Assembly (NCBI RefSeq): GCF_006345805.1
Contig: NW_021826924.1
Span: 1 to 11,794 of the forward strand
Origin: Octopus sinensis
Lineage: Eukaryota
DNA: 11,794 bases
Reading direction: 5' to 3'
In this document: in pieces, positions 1 to 8,929 of the stretch
Layout of the letters: every line of letters begins with the position of its first letter
How positions within the stretch are numbered: the stretch's first letter is position 1
Notes under the pieces: generated by a model
What the model saw: the letters and a program-made list of their open reading frames with translations, nothing else
Told to the model about the DNA's origin: nothing
Databases searched by the model: none
Translations under genes and position numbers: made by a program

Positions 1-446
1 TGCACCGTCTGAGCCCACCTTTCTGCGACCTCTTTGCTCCGTCGCTGACACTAATTCTTATCCTTCGAGGCGAGGAACACTTTCACTGAAGCGTCCCTCC
101 CCTCTTGATTAATGAAGAGTCGTGAACGGAGTAAGTGACCTATAAATCAGAACAACTAATAATCGGTGGGAACCAGCTGCTGACTATGACTATATGCTGG
201 GTGTGTCATCAGTTCCTAGCATTTATTCAAGATCTGCCTATTTCCCTCCTGACGAAGGAAGCCAGTATTACGGTACTCACTATATGCATTCATCTACAGG
301 TTGGAAGATTCCATCAGTTAATTTTGAACATTACATCTATTAATCGAAGATGAAGACGAGTGTTAACTTTTCCATGTGACACGCTTAAACAACTGTGAAG
401 ATTTATTCACATAAAACCATTGGTTTCTTTGATAAACCACAATTAC

Positions 447-448
<2 letters not shown>

Positions 449-484
<36 letters not shown>
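449..484. repeat. (TA)18 microsatellite directly upstream of a SINE head
   Basis: Pure TA run from 449 to 484. Confidence 0.97.
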
Positions 485-486
<2 letters not shown>

Positions 487-900
487 CGCAGGAGTGGCTG
501 TGTCGTAAGAAGCTTGCTTCTCAACCACATGGTTCCGGGTTCAATCCCACTGCATGGCACTTTGGGCAAACGTCTTCTACTATAGCCTCGGGCCGACCAA
601 AGCCTTGAGAGTGGATTTGGCAGACGGAAACTGAAAGAATCCCGTCATATATGTGTGTGTGTGTAAGTATCTGTCTGTCTGGCTGTTTGTCTGTGTGTAT
701 TTGTGTATGTGTCTGTTTGCCGCCCCATCAGCGCTTGACAACCGATGTTGCTATGTTTATGTCCCCGTAACTTAGCGGTTCGGTAAAAGAGACTGATAGA
801 ATAAGTACTAGGCTTACAAAGAATAAGTGCTGGGGTGGATTTCTTCGACTAAAGTTGGTGCTACAGCATGGTCGCAGTCTAATGACTGAAACAAGTAGGA

Positions 901-902
<2 letters not shown>
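485..902 (+). mobile_element. tRNA-derived SINE, octopus OK/OR-like family, copy 1 (full length, with internal TG-rich microsatellite)
   Basis: Head GGCGCAGGAG; Pol III A-box-like TGGCTGTGTCG (495-505) and B-box GGTTCAATCCC (538-548). Body is homologous to the copies at 7261-7744 and 8538-8686 (CACTTTGGGCAA, CTTCTACTATAG, GACGGAAACTGAAAGAA, GATAGAATAAGTACT). Family name is from recall of octopus SINEs. Confidence 0.88.
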
Positions 903-938
<36 letters not shown>

Positions 939-975
939 TCCTACTTGTTTCAGTCATTAGACTGCGACCATGCTG

Positions 976-977
<2 letters not shown>
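862..977. repeat. Perfect 116-bp palindrome: 41-bp SINE-tail arm, (AT)17, inverted 41-bp arm
   Basis: Base-by-base pairing 862<->977 through 919<->920 shows no mismatch. Confidence 0.97.
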
Positions 978-1035
<58 letters not shown>

Positions 1036-1140
1036 AAGAAAGAGAGAGAGAGAAATAGGTAGACATATAGATAGATAGAGGCAGACAGACAGACAGACAG
1101 ACAGACTCACAGACAGACATGCGAACAAGTATACATACAA
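976..1140. repeat. Compound microsatellite (TA)n-(GA)n-(GATA)n-(GACA)n
   Basis: Directly visible; explains the spurious ORFs 814..1146 and 950..1165. Confidence 0.95.
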
Positions 1141-1651
1141 AAACATTCACAAGCACAACTGGCAAAACATGTCTTTTTTAAGTATAACTCAATGATTACG
1201 CTGGAATGAGATATGGATGAACTATAATTTTTCTTTTCGTTTTTCAGGCATAATCCAGAGATCCGCGTCTCTGTATGCTAATGCGATAGCCAAGAGGTTT
1301 CATAAAACGGCATCTTTATGGCCTACTCTATATTAGTGAGACAGGTCGAACATGATGTATTGTTTTAGCGAGTATGTTTTAGACATGCAACGTGATAACA
1401 CCAGATCACTCCGACCTGTACCTCATCCCTTTATTTCTCCTTTCTTAGCCACATCATCATGCAACGCGCCGTTAGCGATGTTATTTTACGCCACGGATCA
1501 TTTCCTTCCTTGTTTGCACCGCGAACATCAACTCACTATCAATCTAAACATAGCCCGCCTACCTGAAATTAATAATTTCCTTGTTTTCGTTCAGTTACAA
1601 AACCTCTCCTACCTTAATACTCCCACGTCCTCGTATATACTTGACGAAAAA

Positions 1652-1925
1652 TGTGTGTGTATGTGTGCATGTGTGTTCATAGACTCAAACATCAAACACA
1701 CATTACACTACTTTACAAACATAGATAACTTTACGCCTTATCTACACAACCTGCACAACGGAACACACACACCAACACAATAGAATATACACATACAAAC
1801 ACTCACGTAACATATGCACACAAGCTGACGTACACATCTCCACATACGCAAGCACATTTGAACATAAATATACATACGCGTATACTTACATACCTGGATA
1901 TACACATAGATACGCATACTGACAA
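1652..1925. repeat. Degenerate (TG)/(CA)/(TACA) low-complexity tract
   Basis: Decayed dinucleotide and tetranucleotide periodicity. Confidence 0.8.
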
Positions 1926-2205
1926 TAGTCTCATAATTTATCTCCCTTAGCTCTAACACTCTTTTGTCTGAGAAACACCATTCCGCCCAACTCACTTCCG
2001 TTATTTTATTCTATTTCACCATATGGATTCTATCGTAAACATTGCTTTCACAGAATTTCTACCTTACCCCTTTTTTTTTTCTATTATTTCTCCGTTTTGT
2101 TATTCTTTTGATTTTCCTTGACAAAATTCTTCAGTCTGAAATGTAGAATTATCTGTCACTTCCTCACAGCATAAATTTAATTACCTTGTATCCCCGTTTC
2201 CTTCT

Positions 2206-2290
2206 CGTTGTTGTTGATGTTGTTATTGTTGTTGTTGTTGTTGTTGTTGTTTCTGTTGCTGCTGCTGCTGCTGCTGCTTCTGTTGTTGCC
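2206..2290. repeat. (TTG)n grading into (CTG)n trinucleotide microsatellite
   Basis: Directly visible. Confidence 0.95.
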
Positions 2291-2364
2291 TTTTGTCCCA
2301 GAAACACAGAAACATTTTAGACATATATAGCATCAGACGAAAATATATACACATATGTATACAT

Positions 2365-2601
2365 AAGGAGGAGGAGGAGGAGGAGGAGGAGAAGAAGAAG
2401 AAGAAGAAGAAGAGAAGAAGAAGAAAAAGAAGAAGAAGAAGAAGAAGAAGAAGGAAAAGAAGAGAAGAAGAAGAAGAAGAGAAGAAGAAGAAGAAGAAGA
2501 AGAAGAGAAGAAGAGAAGAAGAGAAGAAGAAGAAGAAGAAGAAGAAGAAGAAGAAGAGAAGAAGAAGAAGAAGAAGAAGAAGTAGGAGAAGAAGAAGAAA
2601 A
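2365..2601. repeat. (GAG)n-(GAA)n homopurine microsatellite
   Basis: No pyrimidine on the + strand from 2365 to 2582; explains the poly-K/E/R and poly-F/L/S ORFs. Confidence 0.97.
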
Positions 2602-3041
2602 TATAGGAGAAACCCTGGCATACTTCACCGTTTTTTGATCCTGCGTCAGAAGAATACTGCTCCACCCCGTCGCCCTTAGTCCTCACCCCCAACGTACAAA
2701 ACTGTGAGCAAATTGAAATGTAAATCAAATGTAGACTAGAAGTTAGTTGTAAAATTGCTCGACTAATTGACGGTATGATATGCGTACGTCGACAAAGTGA
2801 TTAAATAATTAATAGATATTTATGCACTGCAGATTGTGTATATAAGAAAAATTGCAAGATCAATTTAAAGCAGTTAAGCTAATTTGTCTAGTCATTCTAG
2901 ATAAGTTCTAGCGTGCGTTCGAATTAAATCTATCTATCTCCGTTGAGTAGAGAAATGATGGGGTTCTTCACCTCTGAGGAATCGTCAGTAAACTGTGAAA
3001 CATATCAGGACAATCTCCTTTACTTCTCTGTTTTAGATGAC

Positions 3042-3065
3042 GTGTGTGTGTGTGTGTGTGTGTGT
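3042..3065. repeat. (GT)n microsatellite
   Basis: Directly visible. Confidence 0.95.
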
Positions 3066-3141
3066 TGTTATTTTTTAAGTAACCAGACGATGGATTTTGT
3101 ACAACGGTCGTTTCGACCCATCTTACTGCTGTCCCTTATGA

Positions 3142-3189
3142 GTCTTACAGCTGTTTCTGGGATATTATAGATATCCCCTCATCAGAGAG
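3142..3189 (-). ncRNA. Type I hammerhead ribozyme-like motif (family A, canonical core)
   Basis: Minus strand reads ctct-CTGATGA-G-gggatat ctata atatccc-A-GAAAC-agct-GTA-agac: canonical core, 7-bp stem II, palindromic stem III ACAGCTGT, GUA cleavage triplet, short stem I. Homologous to 11645-11692. Confidence 0.75.
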
Positions 3190-4399
3190 GGTGTGAGAAA
3201 ATATTTGAGTTCGAATTACTGTGGAAAAGGAAGAGATAGGGAATATAGAGAGAATTAAGTGAATGGAAGTAGAAATAAGATGCATAAAGAAATTGTAGTG
3301 GTAGTTCCATTATTCGAGGAAAATGGTGTCTAGAAGTGGTAAAAATAAGTTTCCTGTGCATGATATATAAGTTCCAATAACAGTTTATGTTTAGTCATTT
3401 CAAAGTATGCAACCGTGTCATATCACCCCTACTCACATATCTCACATTATTTTACTCCTTACCTTCTCATTTAATCCTATCCCTCCCCCACACCCCTCTC
3501 ATCCTCCCATCACATTATCTTGACCACCATCTAACACTCCCTTTCTCATTTCTTTCACCCTTCACTTTTTCAATCTTTATTTTTTCTCTCTCTCTCTTTT
3601 TCTTTTTTCTTTTTCTCTCTTTCTTCCTCTCATTTTCTTTTCCTGTTTTAAATTTGGCCTATCTTCTCTTTCTATTCCTCCATCTAGCCACAAATAATAA
3701 CAATATATTCTCAAATTTTCATTCACACCACAAAACCCTTTCGAACGAGCAACACGGCTCCATGGAGAGGGAGAGGGAGGAGATGGGGATGGGAAGAAAG
3801 ATGGAGGAGGAAGGAGGGAGGGAGGGAGAGAAAGAGAGACGAAATCAAACACTACAGAGAACTCGCTTGTTTCGATTATTCGCGTAAGCTCTCAGTAGTT
3901 AGTACCCCGAATAGCCTTGTGTGTGGGACTTACCATATTTACCGGCGTATAAGAAACATTTTCTTTTAAACGTATCAAAAAATTTCCCCTATGTCTAATG
4001 CAGCCATATTACTGACGAAGGACTGAGTGTTGTAGGCTAGGGAGCCGGATATGGATAATCCCACTAAGCACATTAATTGTCGCTAATAAAATATTGAAAA
4101 TAATCTGAACTCTCATAAACTGTTAGCACAAACTTAAGACGGCTTTCGATACTCTGGCAGTTATGTGCTGACGTCACATAATCTCGTTACACTCTTGCTC
4201 CTGTATACATAAGCCAGACCTATTAGTGCGTCTCACATTATTTAATGAGAATGTCACCTTTAAGAAACAGTTTTCTTTCCAGTATTTAAATGAAAAATTT
4301 TCCGATGCTGTCAGCTATTTGCAGCGAGTGGATGACAGTAAAATCAGAGCAGTGGTGCGCCACCCTAGTGGACAATCGCATTAACACAAAGCATCATAG

Positions 4400-4862
4400 C
4401 CAGAAATACGAATTTTACATACTGTATGGCAGAATCATGTAATGCGACTAACTACTAACACCAGACTCCCAGACCATGCCAGAATCGAAGATATGAGACA
4501 AATAATCAAATTTCCACCAATCACCGCAATCATCAAAAATAATGTTCTCAAACTGCTTGGTCACAGTAAGCGAAAGGTTTGTGGCGTCAGCAAGATCTGT
4601 TCAGAGGGCAAGATTAATGGAAAGAGAAATAGAGATCAGCAACCTAAGAGATGGAGAGATAACATCACAGCATGGATAGGTATTGACATAATTTTCTCTG
4701 AATGCCGAATCGAACAGTATGGAGGCAACTGTCTCGTGCTAGTATGCATTTTGCCGCCGGCAAAGATAACAGGAATTAATTGATGCCAATTTCTTGACCA
4801 AAATATATATAAACGGCGGTGCATCAGCATAGCCGCAGCTCTGAGCTGAAACTAGAAGAAAA
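4400..4862 (+). mobile_element. 5'-truncated RTE-clade LINE fragment (C-terminal ORF region plus probable 3' tail)
   Basis: Open frame 4400-4783 includes RILHTVWQNHV...LKLLGHSKR...EGKINGKRNRDQQPKRWRDNITAWIG, resembling the RTE/BovB post-RT C-terminal pattern (FGHxxR...GKIxGKRxRGRPxxRWxDxI). The tail at 4815-4855 resembles the SINE tails. Confidence 0.7.
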
Positions 4863-4970
4863 TTTTTTTAAATAACTATGTAGTTGATCTGAAAGAGGAT
4901 AACACTAAAGTATGGTACTCGTGTAACGTAGTTTACTTATGATAAATTTATAGTCTTATACTTTATGCTA

Positions 4971-6224
4971 TCAGGTTGAGTAAAAAGTAAGCAATGTTTT
5001 GAACCATGAAAAATTTGTCACGGATTTTTTCAGTCTTGAATTTTTTTAAACATTTGTTTTGCAATTGTTTGATGATACAGACATAGACTTGCCCAAATGC
5101 ATCAATAAATTAATATTGATATTTTTTACCGTTGTTACAATCATTTGAAATGGAACTATCAAAGCGCGATATTCGAGCAATTTTGCTATTCAACTTCAAA
5201 AAAGGACGTAAAGCAGCTGAAACTGCTCGCGATGTCAATGAAACATTTGGTGAGGGATTGACCAGTGAGTGGTCAGAACGAAAATGGTTTAAACGATTTC
5301 GCAGTGGAGAACTGAGCCCCGAAGATCGTGAGCGTAGTGGACGCCCATCTTTCATCGATGACGGTCAATTATTGACCGTCACTGAGAAAAATCCACGTAA
5401 AATCACTCGAGAACTTGCAAAATAACTCCAAGTTAGCCATGAAACTGCCTGCAACCATTTGCATGCGATCGGAAAATCAAAAAAAGCCTGACAAATGGGT
5501 ACCACACGATTTGAATGAAAATTAGAAAAATGCGCAGATAAGAAATTTTCACGTCGCTTCTTCTCCGTAACCAGACTGATCCATTTCTCGACCATATTGT
5601 AACTTCCGATGAAAACTCTGTACAATAATACAAAAACGTCCTTCCCAGTGGTTGGATCAAAATGAAGCACAGAAAACCTTCCTTAAACCCGAGCTCTTCA
5701 AAAAGAAGGTTATGGTGACTGTTTGGTGGTGTACTGCTAGACGCATACACTATAATTTCTTAAAACCCGGAAAAACAATTACTGCAGAAACATTGCCATG
5801 AAATCGCCAAAATGAACGAAAAACTGCTAATACTCAATTCCAGACTGGTCAACAGAAGAGGACCAATCATTCTTCATGACTGTGCTTGAGCACACGTTTC
5901 ACTAATGACGATCCAGAAGTTGAGGGAACATGACTACAACGTTCTTACCCAGCTTATTCCCCCAAACCTTTCTCCTACCGACAAACCACTTTTTCAAGCA
6001 CCTTGATGGTTTCCTGCGAGAGAAGAAGTTCAAAAATCAAACCAATGCTGAAAGTGCTTTCAAAGAGTTCATCAGCTCCAGAAATCCAGATTTTTATGTT
6101 GCCAGAATAAACAAACTTGTAACTCGTTAGCAAAAATGTGTTGATTGTAATGGTACTCACATTGTTGAAATATATAGTGATGAATTTCATGTTTCAAAAC
6201 GTTGCTTACTTCTTACTCGCCTGA
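4971..6224 (+). mobile_element. Full-length mariner (Tc1/mariner, DD34D) DNA transposon, inactive
   Basis: Left TIR 4971-5011 (TCAGGTTGAGTAAAAAGTAAGCAATGTTTTGAACCATGAAA) matches the reverse complement of 6185-6224 at 36/41 positions. TA flanks both ends (4969-4970, 6225-6226). Length 1254 bp is typical of mariner. Confidence 0.95.
5150..6169 (+). pseudogene. Mariner transposase pseudogene, Hsmar1/SETMAR (cecropia-subfamily)-like
   Basis: ATG at 5150; HTH region (FKKGRKAAETAR...WFKRFRSG...RSGRP); WVPHDL at 5496; TSDE; KKVMVTVWW; HDCA; NLSPTD; HFFKHLDGFL...QKCVDCNG. In-frame stops (5423, 6128 and others) and several frameshifts, including +1 in the A7 run at 5479-5485. Confidence 0.93.
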
Positions 6225-7216
6225 TAGTATAGTGTTACAACATTGTATTTACGTGCAAAGAATCATACATTCTCCCTTAAAGAACCATTTAAATAAAACC
6301 TCTCTCGATACGTTACGCGGTAATCTTTCGTTTTATTTGCACAAAATATGCTTGTGAAATAAGGGTGCGTTTTACGTGAGAGTGTGTCCTATACGCTGAA
6401 AATAGAAGCAAAGAAACAGTTAATTATTTTATGAAAGTGAGAGGACTGTGAAGTGAATATCATCAACATGGATGAATGTCATTAAGCGTAAAAAAAGCTA
6501 AAAGAAAAAAAAGGAAGTGAGGATTGTTTACGCGTCCAAGTACTCTCGTCAAATGGCAGGAGTCGCTCCAGTGTTTTTAATTATGTAAAAGAGACGCGAC
6601 AAAGGGTCGCTTACAGAATGTATTTGATGTAGGCGAGGTCAGCTAAAGGATCACTTACGATGAATTAATTACTGTATAAAATAATTACTGTATACTTGTC
6701 ACAGGAAACATAATATATTTATTAACCACTCTTTTATTTTCGATTCATGACGAGATTAATAGACAACCTTAACGAAACCTAGACTACATAAAAATATCAT
6801 CCAATGTCTTTCAACTCCTTTTCATTTTGAAATATAAGCTCTTTAATTGAAATTCCAGCACACATCTAAATGATGCATTAATTATAGTCTATCGTAACAG
6901 GACACTAATATATAACCCGCCGAGTGATTCCCGATATAATAGATATATGTACTTTAGCGAGAACTTAAGTAACCCCTTTTTCAGACCTTACCCTACATCG
7001 AATACATTCTGTTAGCGACCTCTCACCGCCTCTCCATTACATGATAATAAATATGTAAGCAACTGCTGCCATTTTATGCCAGTAAGCCATCCCACTTCTT
7101 TTGATAACATCTTTTTTTTTACTTTTTTTTTTACACTTCATGTCTTTTATTTATTCTGTGATATTCTCTCTTCCATTCTCTTGCTTTCCTGGATTATTTC
7201 AATAATTTTTTTCAAA

Positions 7217-7437
7217 GGCACAGGAGCGCCTGTGTGGAGGCACAGGAGCGGCTGTGTGGAGGTGCAGGAGTGACTGTGTGGTAAGAAGCTTGCTTCCCAG
7301 CCACATGGTTCCAGGTTGAATCCCACTGCGTGGCACCTTGGGCAGGTGTCTCCTACTATAGGGGCAGGTGTCTCCTACTATTCCACTCACAAAGCTTTGT
7401 GAGTGGAATTGACTGACCAAAGATGAAAGAAGCCCGT

Positions 7438-7504
<67 letters not shown>

Positions 7505-7744
7505 TACACACACACCAATGTATAATGTATGTGTGAGTGTACGTATGTATATATGTATATATGTATGTATATGTGTGTGTCTGTGTATGTATGTATGTAT
7601 GTATGTATGTATGTATGTATGTATGTATGCATTGATATGTTTGATCCCCGAAACTTAGATGTTCGGTAAAAGAGACCGATAGAATAAGTACTGGGCTTAC
7701 AAAGAATGGCCGCAGTCAAAAAACTGAAACAAGTAAAAGAATAA
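7217..7744 (+). mobile_element. tRNA-derived SINE, OK/OR-like family, copy 2 (rearranged)
   Basis: Same head, body and tail as 485-902; B-box-like GGTTGAATCCC at 7314-7324; expanded internal (TA)/(TATG) microsatellite at about 7440-7630; triplicated head, internal duplication and a deletion of about 45 bp near the tail. Confidence 0.88.
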
Positions 7745-8311
7745 AAACAAAGGAACAAAAGAATAATTTATTCAGAATGTTTGTCCCAGAGAATTATAAT
7801 CCCTAGGGACACGTCTTGGGTAACCAACTAATTGAAACCAATGAGCTCTCCCCAAGGTTGTGTTTGCGTGTTTTAGGGTCTGCTTATGGGTGTGTCTCAT
7901 CATCCGTGCGTGCGTTTATGTGCGAACACGTAGTGTTTGCTTATGTTTGCTCCTTTATGCCACGACACCTAGCGGTTCGATAATTGGATAAATAAACTAT
8001 GCTTAGCGATCTATAAGGGAAACTAAATCGCTGGATTCGGAGCCCAGTTTACGCTAGGACACTCCATTTAATGGGTTAGTTCAAGATTGAAGCGTGTAAG
8101 GATTACATAAAAAAAAATATTTGATAGGGTTCTCTTCGGTCTGAGACCAAAATCCTTCTAGATGCCTAAAAACCTCTCTCACCGTGACCACTGCAAGTTT
8201 TAAGCTAATAAGAAAGAGTTGCAGTCGCCAGCATAGTTCATCAGTAAATTTGAATATAAGCAGCTGCTTATACGTACAATATATGTATATGGGTATACAT
8301 ATGTACATATA

Positions 8312-8353
<42 letters not shown>

Positions 8354-8524
8354 GGGGAGAATTCACAAAAAAAAACAAAAGACGAAGACAGGTGGTGTAG
8401 ACAACAAACAGATTATTAGCTTAACGCTCGGGAAGTGAAACGGTCTTTAACGTTTCGAGCCTACGCTCTTCAACAGAAAGGAACACAGAAAGAAACAAGG
8501 AGAGAAAATATAGAATGTGTACTG
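8354..8524 (-). mobile_element. Short hammerhead-containing repeat (Penelope-like terminal repeat or retrozyme-like), family B
   Basis: Pyrimidine-rich leader, hammerhead-like motif, then TTCCCGAGCGT...TAATA, a T-rich tail and (TA)n. Same architecture as 10269-10471. Confidence 0.6.
8445..8480 (-). ncRNA. Minimal type I hammerhead-like motif (family B, A6U variant core)
   Basis: Minus strand reads cttt-CTGTTGAA-gagc gtag gctc-GAAAC-GTT-aaag. Confidence 0.6.
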
Positions 8525-8686
8525 TTTTTTTTTTTTTCAGTTTCCGTCTATCAAATCTTTTCACAAGGTTTTGGTGGGCCCGAAGCTATAGTAGAAGACA
8601 TTTACCCGAGGTGCCATGCAGTGGGGCTGAACCTGGAACCATATGGTTGGTAAGTAAGCAACTTCCCACACAGCCACTCCCGCGCC
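8525..8686 (-). mobile_element. tRNA-derived SINE, OK/OR-like family, copy 3 (5' half only, ending in an A-run)
   Basis: Reverse complement reads GGCGCGGGAGTGGCTGTGTGG...GGTTCAGCCCC...GACGGAAACTG followed by A13; the head abuts (TA)n. Confidence 0.87.
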
Positions 8687-8710
8687 TTTATATATATATA
8701 TATATATATA

Positions 8711-8816
8711 TTATAGAAGGAGCTTCTACAGGACTAGAACTGTTTCATTCAGATGAAATCTTCAGGAAGCTCATCTGAATGAATCAGTTCTAGTCCTGTA
8801 GAAGCTCCTTCTATAA
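8711..8816. mobile_element. Fold-back element / candidate MITE, 46-bp inverted arms with 14-nt spacer
   Basis: Arms 8711-8756 and 8771-8816 pair at 45/46 positions; both ends are TTATA/TATAA, and the element abuts a (TA)n run. Confidence 0.65.
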
Positions 8817-8888
8817 AATAAATTACTTTGCTCTGCTATATATTGAGTACCTTATTTACTGTGGTTAACCCCGACTCAACCCGGGACC

Positions 8889-8929
<41 letters not shown>

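Noticed and set aside
249-275. CTGACGAAGG hammerhead-like half core
   Set aside because: No downstream stem II plus GAAA, and no stem III.
485-560. tRNA gene candidates at the SINE heads (also 7261, 8686, 9525)
   Set aside because: A/B boxes are present but there is no complete cloverleaf, and each continues into a SINE body.
1352-1995. 143-aa and 85-aa ORFs
   Set aside because: They run into degenerate CA/TG repeats and have no recognisable motif.
2223-2728. Four overlapping ORFs of 103-132 aa
   Set aside because: Translations of (GAA)n/(GAG)n/(TTG)n repeats, which lack stop codons in several frames.
2970-3010. CTGAGGA...GAAAC...ATC|AGG possible hammerhead
   Set aside because: Stem II is not adjacent to the core and stem III cannot form beyond one pair.
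3387-3887. 166-aa hydrophobic ORF and its antisense ORF
   Set aside because: Produced by pyrimidine-rich and purine-rich low-complexity tracts; no recognisable domain.
4012-4045. CTGACGAAGG hammerhead-like half core
   Set aside because: No GAAAC or pairing partners downstream.
4169-4176. Perfect CRE palindrome TGACGTCA
   Set aside because: A single 8-mer with no promoter context; compatible with chance.
4357-4373. CTCF-like motifs (also near 9207-9220 and 10828-10841)
   Set aside because: Each has an indel or mismatches in the core; not supportable from sequence alone.
6360-6410. GGTGCGTTTTAC...GTGTCCTATACGCTGAAAATA resembling a decayed Tc1/pogo-type MITE end
   Set aside because: Too degenerate, and no matching opposite terminus was found.
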